DNA of 64,000 bases from a virus (lineage: Duplodnaviria; Caudoviricetes). The stretch lies in IMG/VR virus record IMGVR_UViG_3300028887_000075, positions 106,735 through 170,734 of that record. One strand, given 5' to 3'. This document shows, piece after piece, positions 8,577 through 17,909 of the stretch. The notes beneath the pieces are model-generated. The model was not told the origin of the DNA. It saw nothing but the letters and a program-made list of their open reading frames with translations, and did not search any database. Position 1 is the stretch's first letter. Every line of letters starts with the position of its first letter. The position numbers were made by a program, and so were the translations under genes.

Positions 8577-9122
8577 CTATATCCGGCAGTAAGAGTTGAC
8601 GAACTCCCTTATCGTATTTACCGTGGAGGAACCGTTGTCGAAATCGCAGCATATGCTTTCGTCCCCTTCTCCGGTGTACTTGACGTGCTTAACGCTCCAT
8701 CCCGTAGGACCGTAAAGGTCATAACCCAAGGCGGACTCTGTGATTCTGAGCGATTCCTTAAGTACATTCCTGTATTGCATGACGCCATAGTTCTCCTTGC
8801 AGAATATCTCTATGGTGGGCGAGCCTGCCGTGAAGGTCACCGAGAAAGAGTACGGGGTGCCGTCGGGAGTGCGCTCATCCCGGCGTATCCGGCAAATCTG
8901 CTCCATGAAGTTGTCCACCGCGATGGCTACCAGGGAATGCCTGGCATCGGCTTCGATAGCGGCGATTGCCTCCAGCGAGTCCAGCCTCGTCCTGTACTCA
9001 TGGATTGCCTTGTCCTTCACCTCGGAAAGCTGCTCCGGGCTGATAGGAGTGGGGTATACTTTCAGGTTGCCGTCGTCGAACTTGACCTCGAAACTTAGTC
9101 CTCCGTCTAGCGTTATCCTCAT
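8577..9122 (-). CDS. hypothetical protein
   Basis: 181 aa, AGGAG RBS, class I promoter at 9154-9166. Confidence 0.7.
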   Translation of the reverse strand: MRITLDGGLSFEVKFDDGNLKVYPTPISPEQLSEVKDKAIHEYRTRLDSLEAIAAIEADARHSLVAIAVDNFMEQICRIRRDERTPDGTPYSFSVTFTAGSPTIEIFCKENYGVMQYRNVLKESLRITESALGYDLYGPTGWSVKHVKYTGEGDESICCDFDNGSSTVNTIREFVNSYCRI

Positions 9123-9301
9123 GTGGCGCTCCTTTGCTTATGCGCTATATGGGCAAATATAGCAAATTCCGGCGGGGAGCACCGGGAGGCTTGCCTGCCG
9201 GTACCGGGTCAACCGGGAGGGCCCTAGGTGGTACGCGGGGTATACCGGGGGAGAGTACTGGTTCATAGTGTACAATATTAGTAATCAATATTTTACAATT
9301 A

Positions 9302-9560
9302 TCGGCGGGAAAGATGCCACCCTTCAGGGTGGCATATGAGAGCCGACGAAAAAATAGAAAAAGAACTTGCATTTTTGAAACTGTTAAACTATATTAGGAA
9401 CTGTCAGGCCGAAGGACACTAAATATGCGGGTACCTCCGGAACGGAGGAAACTTATGATGGTGGACTGGTGGACCTATATATCCAAACCTATTCTGGAAC
9501 GGACAAGTTCGCTGGGTTGAAACCAGAAGCTGCCGCCCTTTAGGGCGGTCTGTAGTTCAC
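9302..9560 (+). mobile_element. non-autonomous IS200/IS605-family mini-element (left hairpin, promoter, omega-RNA-like segment, right end; no tnpA/tnpB)
   Basis: Left hairpin ATGCCACCCT-tc-AGGGTGGCAT nested in TCGGC/GCCGA after TTAT; right end GAAGCTGCCGCCCTTTAGGGCGG..GTAGTTCAC. Confidence 0.7.
9367..9395 (+). promoter_or_regulatory. sigma70-like promoter inside the mini-element
   Basis: TTGCAT-17 nt-TATATT. Confidence 0.55.
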
Positions 9561-9580
9561 ATTGTTGAATGGCTACTATG
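9402..9580 (+). ncRNA. putative stand-alone TnpB omega-RNA (scaffold to 9560, guide from flanking DNA)
   Basis: GTACCTCCGGAACGGAGGAAACTTA...TGGTGGACTGGTGG...TGAAACCAGAAGC-hairpin-GTAGTTCAC resembles the layout of IS1341-type tnpB 3' regions; recognised by eye only. Confidence 0.5.
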
Positions 9581-9868
9581 GAAACGCATCTTATCATGTT
9601 GCGGGATGCCTTCGATGCATCCCGGATTGCCGGAGTAAATGTCCGGGAATTAATTGACGCCGGTATACCTGTCGGTGACATGGATATCGGTTTCGCTACT
9701 TACTTCGACATATGTCCGGGCTGGGAGCCAGGTACCGCCTGGCCAGGAACCTCCATGGACGATGGTTATCCGCTTATTGGGATGATGGTGCATAGCTGTC
9801 CTGCCGGCTATAGCGTTTCACATTCGGTTTTCGACAAGTGGCATTTCTACCTCAGGACAAAGGTTTAA
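9569..9868 (+). CDS. hypothetical protein
   Basis: 99 aa ORF between the mini-element and uvsX. Confidence 0.6.
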   Translation: MATMETHLIMLRDAFDASRIAGVNVRELIDAGIPVGDMDIGFATYFDICPGWEPGTAWPGTSMDDGYPLIGMMVHSCPAGYSVSHSVFDKWHFYLRTKV

Positions 9869-9883
9869 ACAAAGGATAATGTT

Positions 9884-11230
9884 ATGGCTGCAGCAAAGAA
9901 AAAGGGAGCAAACGCGCTTGCGGAGAATCCGTGGGCATTTTTCGATACGGTCGTTACGACCGACAAGTTCGTCGACGCGGGTGTTGACCGCCCGACGTAC
10001 GGTTTCGCAGATTCCGGGAGCTACGCGCTGAACGTGCTTCTTTCCGGCGACGTCTATGGGGGATTCCCCAAGAACAAGGTCGTGCAGACGGCAGGCCTGC
10101 AGGGTTCCGGTAAGTCCCTGCTCGGCAAGTACAACTTCTGCCCACCGCTGTTCAAGGACAACTACTTCATCTACTATATCGATACCGAGAACGAGACCAC
10201 CCGGAAGGACCTCGAGTTTTTCGCATCCTTCCCGTGTCAGCAATTCAAGGTGCTTCACTTCCATACGGTAGAGGATTGCCACCACGGTATCTCCACCATC
10301 CTCAAGCAGCTCGAAGATTATATGGAGAAGAACAAGACGCTCATCAACCCGCACAAGGTTGCTTTCGTCCTTGACTCCCAGGGCATGCTGTCCACCGCCA
10401 AGAACATCACCGACGTGCTCAAGGGTGACGACAAGACCGACCTTACCAAGGCAAAGAAGCTCTCTGCGATGTACCGTGACCTTACCTTCCGTCTTGGTGA
10501 ACTCGGTGCCCCGATGTATGTCACCAACCACATGTACCTTGACCCGAACGCGGCCACCACCCATACCGAGACCAAGAAGGTCGCCGGTGGCGAAGGCGCC
10601 AAGTATTCTGCTTCCATCATCCTGTCCGTCTACAAGATTACCGAGCGTGTCGACAGCGGAAAGAAGGATGACTACGGCAACAAGGTCAAGGAGGTCCAGG
10701 GTATCTTCATCCAGGTCGGTAACATCAAGAACCGCCTTGTCCATGAAGGACTTAGCACCCGTCTCTACCTGAGCTACAAGAATGGTCTCAGCCGCTACTA
10801 CGGTCTCCATGTCTGGGCGCAGGAAGCCGGTCTCATCGTTCCCTACACCAAGCAGGCCGACTGGCCTGGCCTGGAACTTCCGAGGAACCCCGACGGTTCC
10901 ACCTTCCTCGGCAAGAAGTGGGTTATCTGTGACCCGCGCAAGCCCCGTACGGAATGGCTGGTCGCTCCGGAGAACAAGATTCATTCCGCCAAGTATATCG
11001 GTACGATTCTTGACCCGATTAACGACTATGTAAAGGCCAAGTACAAGAACCAGAAGATTGGCGTGTTCGGCGACGAGGATACCGAGCAGGCTACCGAGGA
11101 TGAGCTTGCCAACGTAGACGAGGCCGCGCTCGACCAGGCAGACGCCGAACAGAACAGCCGGTTCATCCGGGAGGCTGCCCAGAAGGCGGAGGCCCTCGGG
11201 CTGGTCGCAGAAGGCTCCGCCGAAGACTAA
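9884..11230 (+). CDS. uvsX: RecA-like recombinase (UvsX)
   Basis: DSGSYALNVLLSGDVYGG, Walker A GLQGSGKS, YIDTE, VLDS, VTNH, AGGEGAKYSAS. Confidence 0.92.
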   Translation: MAAAKKKGANALAENPWAFFDTVVTTDKFVDAGVDRPTYGFADSGSYALNVLLSGDVYGGFPKNKVVQTAGLQGSGKSLLGKYNFCPPLFKDNYFIYYIDTENETTRKDLEFFASFPCQQFKVLHFHTVEDCHHGISTILKQLEDYMEKNKTLINPHKVAFVLDSQGMLSTAKNITDVLKGDDKTDLTKAKKLSAMYRDLTFRLGELGAPMYVTNHMYLDPNAATTHTETKKVAGGEGAKYSASIILSVYKITERVDSGKKDDYGNKVKEVQGIFIQVGNIKNRLVHEGLSTRLYLSYKNGLSRYYGLHVWAQEAGLIVPYTKQADWPGLELPRNPDGSTFLGKKWVICDPRKPRTEWLVAPENKIHSAKYIGTILDPINDYVKAKYKNQKIGVFGDEDTEQATEDELANVDEAALDQADAEQNSRFIREAAQKAEALGLVAEGSAED

Positions 11231-11241
11231 TTAAAAAAGTT

Positions 11242-11282
11242 GAAGACCGGCCCCTCTCCGGGTCGGTCTTTTGCTATATTTG
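11242..11282 (+). terminator. terminator hairpin whose U-tract runs into a class I promoter
   Basis: AAGACCGGCCC..GGGTCGGTCTT followed by TTGCTATATTTG. Confidence 0.75.
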
Positions 11283-11311
11283 GGAACGAACGAACTCGGA
11301 TTTTGACTGCT

Positions 11312-12949
11312 ATGGAAAATTTGCAAAATCCTACGTTCGCGCAGCCTGTTCCGGCGATGCAACCGGGGTATCCCCCGGTAATGCAACCGCCACCTCCGCA
11401 GCAGCTACCGGTAGCTCCCGGTGGCTACATGCAGCCCCAGCAGCAGGTATATGCGTTAACGCGGGAAGACTTGGTAATTAGGGTATTCTTCCAGGATTCG
11501 GTAGTGGGACCAAAGCTACGCGATTCCCTGCGTGCGGAACTGTTCCAGGACGTGAACAACCGCAACATCGTGGAAATTATCCGGAAGTACATGCATAAGC
11601 ATGGTCGTGTACCAACGGCACAGGAACTTATCACCGGCATGGGGGCGAACGACTACGCCATACAGGCCCGTGACAAGCTGATATTCATCTACAACACACC
11701 CATCCAGACGATGCATCAGGACTACGTGGTTCTGATGGTTGAGTCCTTCTTCAAGGAACGTCTGGCCGAGGAGGTGTTGGTGTCTGCCGCGGAGCAGATT
11801 CACGACAAGAAGGTTGATGGGATACGTGACCTCATCCCGCGTTTGCAGGCTGCAGTCACGTACAGCCTGCATACCGACCTGGGTCTCAACCTCTATTCGG
11901 ATGCGGATACGGCACTGGCGAAATTGCGCGAGCAGAAACAGTGCATCCCCTCCGGTATCAATGAGATACGATACTACACTGGTCGCCCGGGACTTGACGG
12001 AGTCATGGTCGGGGGCGGATACTACCGCAAGACGCTTTCCCTGTTCGTCGGGCAGCCCAACATAGGTAAGTCCCTTGTCCTCTGCTCGGAGGCGGCATAC
12101 GCATACAAGAGCGGGTTCAATGTCCTCTACATAACCCTGGAACTTGCCGAGGACTATGTGTGGCAGCGTCTCGCGGCCAACATATGCGAGGTGGACTTCT
12201 ATTCGGTGATGAGCCTTACCGGTGACGAGGTCAGGAAGAAGATTGACGAGAATGTCGCCAGGTTCTCCGCTACCGGCGCCCGTCCGGGACAGCTCCAGGT
12301 TCGCTACATGAAGACCACGACCACCCCGGTGGAAATCGAGGCGGTCATCGACTCGTTCGAGATTGCTCACGGTAAGTTGGATTTGCTGGTCGTTGACTAT
12401 ATCGGTATCATGAAGCCGGCGAGCCGTGGCAGGGTCTCGGAGTCAAGCATGTACCAGGACGGTGTCGCCAAGGCCGAACAGCTTCGCGATATCGCCATCG
12501 AGAGGAACTTCGCCTGCCTTTCCGCAGTGCAGTTCAACCGTTCCGGCTACCACAATACCGAGGCGGGCATCGAGTCGGTCGAGGGTTCTTCCGGTTACGC
12601 CGAGACTTCCGACCTGATGATTTCGCTGACGGCGAACGACGTGCTCCGAAGCATGGCGATGTTCAGCCACTATATCCTCAAGTCCCGCCTCGGACCGGCG
12701 CTCGTTACCTTCCTTACACGGTGCGACTTCAAGCAGATGCGCTGGTTCAGCCCGAGTAAGGAGGAGGTCAATGCATACAACACGGCTGCCGCCGAGGCGG
12801 AACCGCAGATGAACGCTCCCCAGAGGAACGGACAGAAGGGACAGCCGAAGCGTGCGGTAAGCAAGCCGGCAGAACCCCAGGCCCTCCCGGAGGCTACCGG
12901 GGAGACCCAGGAGGCCGTCAAGGTAGAGACCGTGGCGGACTACGTATGA
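11312..12949 (+). CDS. replicative DnaB-like helicase (T4 gp41-like)
   Basis: GQPNIGKS, VLYITLEL, LLVVDYIGIM, SAVQFNRSG, LKSR; Q/P-rich N-terminus. Confidence 0.92.
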   Translation: MENLQNPTFAQPVPAMQPGYPPVMQPPPPQQLPVAPGGYMQPQQQVYALTREDLVIRVFFQDSVVGPKLRDSLRAELFQDVNNRNIVEIIRKYMHKHGRVPTAQELITGMGANDYAIQARDKLIFIYNTPIQTMHQDYVVLMVESFFKERLAEEVLVSAAEQIHDKKVDGIRDLIPRLQAAVTYSLHTDLGLNLYSDADTALAKLREQKQCIPSGINEIRYYTGRPGLDGVMVGGGYYRKTLSLFVGQPNIGKSLVLCSEAAYAYKSGFNVLYITLELAEDYVWQRLAANICEVDFYSVMSLTGDEVRKKIDENVARFSATGARPGQLQVRYMKTTTTPVEIEAVIDSFEIAHGKLDLLVVDYIGIMKPASRGRVSESSMYQDGVAKAEQLRDIAIERNFACLSAVQFNRSGYHNTEAGIESVEGSSGYAETSDLMISLTANDVLRSMAMFSHYILKSRLGPALVTFLTRCDFKQMRWFSPSKEEVNAYNTAAAEAEPQMNAPQRNGQKGQPKRAVSKPAEPQALPEATGETQEAVKVETVADYV

Positions 12950-13701
12950 AGATTGCCGGAATAGACCCGTCGATGAACTCGTCAGGAAAGGTCATAATGG
13001 ACCTGGACGACGAGACGTTCGACGTGAATGACATCCAGTTCTACGGGTACCAGCCGAAGCTGAACGCGGTTCTGGAGACCGAGCATGTCCATATCATGTG
13101 CAGCGGGACAGACTACGACAAGGTCCCGATGCTCGTAAGGCAGGAGCGGGCTATCAAGATTCTCGAGCGGGACATGGAGGATGTCAAGTACATCTCCTTC
13201 GAGGATTACGCCTACGAGAAGGCCAACGAGGGCAACAGCAACTCCATTTTCCAGATTGGGGAGTTCTGCGGGGCGTACCGGCGGCACTTCTACCTGCAGG
13301 GGAAGGGCATCATAACCTACGGTATATGCCAGATTAAGCACTTTGCCACCGGGAACGGGGACGCCAACAAGATTGCCATGTGTGAGGCCATGAAGGCGGT
13401 CTACCCCCAGTTCTACTATCCGGAGTTTGAGCAGTTCCCCAAGCAGTACGAGAGTCCGCATTCCGACCTTTGCGATGCCTTCTGGATGTGCGAGATACTC
13501 CGTAACCACATCAAGTATGATATTTTGGGACCGGAGAGCCTCCCGGAGGACACCCTGGCGCTGATGCGGTTCCATACTGCCAAGAAACAGTACGATACCA
13601 GGGCGTTGGTGGACTATTCCATGGTGAGAATGGCCGACTGGCCGGTGGATTTGGAACTTCTTACCCATCGGAAGAAGCCGAAAAGGAAGAAAAAGGCGTA
13701 G
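12946..13701 (+). CDS. RuvC-like Holliday junction resolvase
   Basis: IAGIDPS, FEDYA, IKHFATGNGDANK, DLCDAFW. Confidence 0.85.
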   Translation: MKIAGIDPSMNSSGKVIMDLDDETFDVNDIQFYGYQPKLNAVLETEHVHIMCSGTDYDKVPMLVRQERAIKILERDMEDVKYISFEDYAYEKANEGNSNSIFQIGEFCGAYRRHFYLQGKGIITYGICQIKHFATGNGDANKIAMCEAMKAVYPQFYYPEFEQFPKQYESPHSDLCDAFWMCEILRNHIKYDILGPESLPEDTLALMRFHTAKKQYDTRALVDYSMVRMADWPVDLELLTHRKKPKRKKKA

Positions 13702-13735
13702 TTTTCCGTATGGATATGAACCATACGGTACTACG

Positions 13736-14419
13736 ATGGCCTACACTGTCGAAGAAGACGAAAAAATAGACGGCGACCCGCAGGAAACTGACGGTGTGAA
13801 CCGTGAAGACGAGATTGACACCTCGGGCAAGAGGAGCAAGCTGGGCGACAAGGACATCGCCCACGAGATTGACGAGTTCCTGAAGAAGCCCAGGTTCCCC
13901 GGTGACATCTGTATCACCTTGAAGATGCCCGACAACTACCTGAAGAAGGCACGGGACAAGCTCAACCTAGCACTCTGGAACGCATACCGCAAGTACGCAA
14001 GGACGGTAACCCGTACTGACCGCTACGGTAACGAGTACGAGGTACCGGGCTTCGGCATGTTCGACATACTTATTACGCTCGATTCCTACGTAGACCCGGT
14101 AAAGCTCAGTGCAGTGCTTGACAACGACATCAAGCAGAAGGTTGCCGAGGAGCGCGGCATCAGGATTTCCGATGACGAACTCGAATATGTGGCGAAGCAC
14201 CCGGGAACTGCCAGGGCGGACAAGGACTCCCCGGATATAGTGGAATGTCCCGAGTGCCACGGTACCGGAGAGGTGGACGGTGAGGAATGTTCCCTCTGTC
14301 TTGGACAGGGCAAGGTCGCCCGTGTTGTGGACGATGTTCCGGCAGTCGAAGCCGACGATGACGAACTCGACCTCGCACAACTGGACAGCATGATGCTGAG
14401 GACACTGAAGAATGGCTAG
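13736..14419 (+). CDS. hypothetical protein with DnaJ-type zinc finger
   Basis: CPECHGTG...CSLCLGQG (two CxxCxGxG motifs). Confidence 0.7.
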   Translation: MAYTVEEDEKIDGDPQETDGVNREDEIDTSGKRSKLGDKDIAHEIDEFLKKPRFPGDICITLKMPDNYLKKARDKLNLALWNAYRKYARTVTRTDRYGNEYEVPGFGMFDILITLDSYVDPVKLSAVLDNDIKQKVAEERGIRISDDELEYVAKHPGTARADKDSPDIVECPECHGTGEVDGEECSLCLGQGKVARVVDDVPAVEADDDELDLAQLDSMMLRTLKNG

Positions 14420-15074
14420 GTTCAAGTTCCCTAAATACGCCGATACCCTCCGGGAGGAGAACGAGGAGTTCGAGAAGATGTTCGCCGGCAGGGAAGAGGA
14501 AATCAAGTCCCAGACGGCGCTCATAGTCAATGGCGACCTGGAGGCTGCCGGCCATAACCAGCTCGTAGTCACGGAGAAGGCCAAGAACTGGCTCGCGAAG
14601 CTCCGGGAGGAACACCACAACCCGATGATTGGCAAGGACTACATGATGCGTGCCCCGGAATTTGAGAGAGATTCCGAGGAAGTATCCAAGTCGGAATGCA
14701 TGAGCGACGCCGAGGCCGACAAGATTCTCACCGTGCAGGACGATAAGAACGAGAACGTGCGCCATATCGACGACGACTTTAACCCGAACATCACCGAGGT
14801 CGAGCTGTCCCATGACGAGGTTTCCCGTCGGTTCGTGGAGGCCTGCATCATCGACAACACGACCCAGAAGTGCATCGACTGGAAGTTCGAGGACATCCTG
14901 TCGGAATGCGCGGCTGAACTTGAGAAGGAATTCGGCAAGGAAGACTACAAGATTCCGGATGATTTCGACCAGCTGGTCGAGGCTTCCCTGGAAAAAGCGG
15001 AGAAAATGCAGCTTATCGGCATGGAAACCGCCCCGAAAATCGCCATTCCGCACCTCAATGACGAAAAAAAGTAG
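14412..15074 (+). CDS. acidic hypothetical protein
   Basis: 220 aa ORF overlapping the upstream stop. Confidence 0.7.
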   Translation: MARFKFPKYADTLREENEEFEKMFAGREEEIKSQTALIVNGDLEAAGHNQLVVTEKAKNWLAKLREEHHNPMIGKDYMMRAPEFERDSEEVSKSECMSDAEADKILTVQDDKNENVRHIDDDFNPNITEVELSHDEVSRRFVEACIIDNTTQKCIDWKFEDILSECAAELEKEFGKEDYKIPDDFDQLVEASLEKAEKMQLIGMETAPKIAIPHLNDEKK

Positions 15075-15100
15075 CCGAGTGGCACTTTTTGACAACGCAT

Positions 15101-15205
15101 TTTGCTATATTTACTCGTGAACCGTTAGCCGGGCATGCTAGACGGCTATCGGTTTAATGTAAAACCGGTTAGAAACAAGGCCTTGAAGGGGCCTAGGAAA
15201 CTGCT
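15101..15205 (+). promoter_or_regulatory. class I promoter plus structured 5' leader of the SSB gene
   Basis: TTTGCTATATTT followed by stems AACCG-T-TAGCCG/CGGCTA-T-CGGTT and AGGCC/GGCCT. Confidence 0.55.
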
Positions 15206-16630
15206 ATGACAAACACACCAAACACAATGCAAGCAAATGGCGGTATGCTTTCTGTTACCGCCCCCGCAGCACCCACGGCAGCACCGGGTGCAAACCGCTC
15301 AGCCAACAAGGACGAACGCATGTGGCGCCCGGTTGTCACCAAGGACAACCCGGAATACGTTGCGGTAATCCGTACGCTTCCCAAGGGCCGCGACCTTAAC
15401 GCCTATCCGGCAGTGTGCGTCCTCGTCCACCGCATACGCGACATGGTCACGGGCAAGGTGCTCTACGACAAGTGCTGCAAGAACAACCCGAACGTCCGCA
15501 CCTGCCCCTACTGCGAGGATGCGTGGGGACGCTACAACGAGGCCAAGAAGCGCCCGGGCATCACCAAGGAACAGCTCGGCAAGTTCCTCCAGCAGACTGC
15601 CGACGAGGAATGGTGGCAGAATATCTATGTCCGCCAGGACCAGAACCATCCGGAACTCAACGGTACAGTGAAGGTCTGGGCGATGAGCCGCGGACAGCAC
15701 AACCGCTTCCAGAAGCCGGTCGACAACTGGAACGCCAAGCACGACCCATCCAAGCAGGTACCTGGCGCAATCAATGTCGATACAGGTGACGACTTTATCC
15801 CGTACGACCCGATGCAGGGCCGTGACTACTACATCGCCGGCAAGTGGGATGCCGAGAAGTCTTACGGTGGTCGCCGCAAGGGCGCCCCGACCTATGACGG
15901 AAGCACTTTCGTCAAGGACTCCACCCCGCTCGCCTACCAGATGGTCCAGGACCCGAACACGGGCATGGTCGTCTACCAACCCGACCAGAACCAGATGCTC
16001 GCCATCCTCGACCAGTGCCATGACCTGAGCTTCGCATACGACAATATCCCGACCCCGGAACAGGCTACGGCTAACCTCGCCCAGTTCTGGGACGAGTGTG
16101 CCAAGGCCGCCGCAGAACGCCAGCAGTACGGTGGCGCCCGCGGTGCCGGCAACCAGGGCTACCAGCAGCCCCAGCAGCCGCTCTACGGCCAGGCTCCGGC
16201 CAACTACGGTGCACAGCCGTTCGCTACCGGTATGCCCGGTGTTCCGCAGAACAACATCCCGCAGGTCCCGAGCAACGCCAACATCAGCATGTCGTCCGAC
16301 CCGGCTGCATTCATGGGCCAGGCCGCCCAGATGCCTCCCCCGATTCCCGAGGCTGCCGCTCCGGCTACCCCGGCTTTCGCCCAGGCACCTATCCCGGCAA
16401 CCATGCCCGGCCCGATGGCTACACCTACCGCTCCGGCAGCTCCCGCAGCACCCTCGTTCGTGCCCCCGGCAGCCCCGGCAGCACCCGCTGCTCCTACAGC
16501 CCCGTCCTTTGTGCCACCGGCAGCACCTCCCGTGCAGCAGCCGATGACGCAGTTCGCACAGCCGGCTGCACCGCAGGCTAACCCGGCTCCTATCGTGGAG
16601 ACGGATAGCGACGAAGACCTCCCGTTTTAA
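15206..16630 (+). CDS. single-stranded DNA-binding protein (T4 gp32-like)
   Basis: DERMWRP, AVIRTLP, H..C..CPYCE, NIYV..D..HPELNGTV, PYDPMQGRDY; acidic tip DSDEDLPF. Confidence 0.9.
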   Translation: MTNTPNTMQANGGMLSVTAPAAPTAAPGANRSANKDERMWRPVVTKDNPEYVAVIRTLPKGRDLNAYPAVCVLVHRIRDMVTGKVLYDKCCKNNPNVRTCPYCEDAWGRYNEAKKRPGITKEQLGKFLQQTADEEWWQNIYVRQDQNHPELNGTVKVWAMSRGQHNRFQKPVDNWNAKHDPSKQVPGAINVDTGDDFIPYDPMQGRDYYIAGKWDAEKSYGGRRKGAPTYDGSTFVKDSTPLAYQMVQDPNTGMVVYQPDQNQMLAILDQCHDLSFAYDNIPTPEQATANLAQFWDECAKAAAERQQYGGARGAGNQGYQQPQQPLYGQAPANYGAQPFATGMPGVPQNNIPQVPSNANISMSSDPAAFMGQAAQMPPPIPEAAAPATPAFAQAPIPATMPGPMATPTAPAAPAAPSFVPPAAPAAPAAPTAPSFVPPAAPPVQQPMTQFAQPAAPQANPAPIVETDSDEDLPF

Positions 16631-16689
16631 TTTGTATGTAATGACTCGTAAGTCAATACGACGGATTATAGCGAAAATCTGACCATTTA

Positions 16690-16734
16690 GGGACCGGCAT
16701 CAACTTGCCGGCCCCTTCTTTTTTGCTATATTTG
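16690..16734 (+). terminator. terminator hairpin fused to class I promoter
   Basis: GGGACCGGCA..TGCCGGCCCC-TTCTTTTTTGCTATATTTG. Confidence 0.7.
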
Positions 16735-16742
16735 GTTCAAGA

Positions 16743-17909
16743 ATGGCAATAAGTTTCGACGACATACCCGCGTCGGTGTACGACTCGTTCATACACGAGC
16801 AGTTCGAGCAGTATGCCCTGGATGACTCCCATCCGGGGTTCTACAACTTCGTATGTCCGAATCCCGAGTGCGGGGACATGAACTTCCCTAACAAGAAGAA
16901 GGCGTATATCTATACCGATACCTGGCTCTATGTGTGCTGGAAGTGCGGTGAGCGCATGCATTTCGCCCGGTGGCTGAAGGAGCATGACGAGCAGGCATAC
17001 CAGCGGCTCCTGTTCATGGCCTTCGGAAATGACCGTGGCCAGAAGAAGGAGGCGCCCTCCCCGAGACCAGAGAGGAAACTGGATGCCACCCTCCCGTTCA
17101 AGGACGGGGAACTGATGTCCATTTACGACAGCGACCCTCTTGCACAGGCGGCGCTTGCCCTGTGCCGCTCCCGGAGAATCCGGGAGGAGGTATACTCGGA
17201 GTGGTTTGTGTGCCGCCAGGGCGAGCAGTTCTACGACCGGGACGAGGCAGGCAACATAAAGTATGATGACTATGGCCGTCCGAAGGGAAACGATTACAGG
17301 AACCGCATAATCATCCCGTTCTACAAGTTCGGCGGCAAGTGGGGCCAGTTCGACGCCCGTGCGATAGACCCGAACAACCCACTCCGCTACCGGAACTTTA
17401 CCGGTGTCAAGCGCGGTGCCTACAATATCGACTTCATCAACTACTCCGAGACAATCTACATTCTCGAGGGTACGATAGACTCTACCTTTATCCGCAACTC
17501 CATTGCCATTGGCGGCATCCCGCACTTCGGCGAGGTGATTGCCGAGAATCCGCAGCTTGCTGCCGCCAAGGACAGGATAGTTGTGCTGTGGGATAATGAC
17601 CCGGAAGGGCGCAAGGCGAGAACGGGAACTACCTGTGACCAGGGGTACAAGTGGTTCTCCTGGGACGGGATACACAGCAAGGACGTGAACGGGGCGGTGA
17701 TGTCCGGGGAGTTCCCGGTGGATGCCGACGGTTTCGTCGATAGTAATTTTCTGAAGTCCCGCACGAGGGACCCAGAAGGGGCGAGTATCCTGTTCACCAT
17801 GAAGTACGGCAACATGAAGAAGGAGGCTTCGAGGAAGCGGTTCGACGCACTGAAGGCATTCCGCGAGGGACGGGCGAAGCCGAACAACCGTCCGGAGGTT
17901 CTGTTCTGA
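16743..17909 (+). CDS. DNA primase (T4 gp61-like)
   Basis: N-terminal CPNPECGD...CWKCG zinc finger, RIIIPFY, ILEGTIDS, WDND, KDVN (TOPRIM). Confidence 0.92.
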   Translation: MAISFDDIPASVYDSFIHEQFEQYALDDSHPGFYNFVCPNPECGDMNFPNKKKAYIYTDTWLYVCWKCGERMHFARWLKEHDEQAYQRLLFMAFGNDRGQKKEAPSPRPERKLDATLPFKDGELMSIYDSDPLAQAALALCRSRRIREEVYSEWFVCRQGEQFYDRDEAGNIKYDDYGRPKGNDYRNRIIIPFYKFGGKWGQFDARAIDPNNPLRYRNFTGVKRGAYNIDFINYSETIYILEGTIDSTFIRNSIAIGGIPHFGEVIAENPQLAAAKDRIVVLWDNDPEGRKARTGTTCDQGYKWFSWDGIHSKDVNGAVMSGEFPVDADGFVDSNFLKSRTRDPEGASILFTMKYGNMKKEASRKRFDALKAFREGRAKPNNRPEVLF

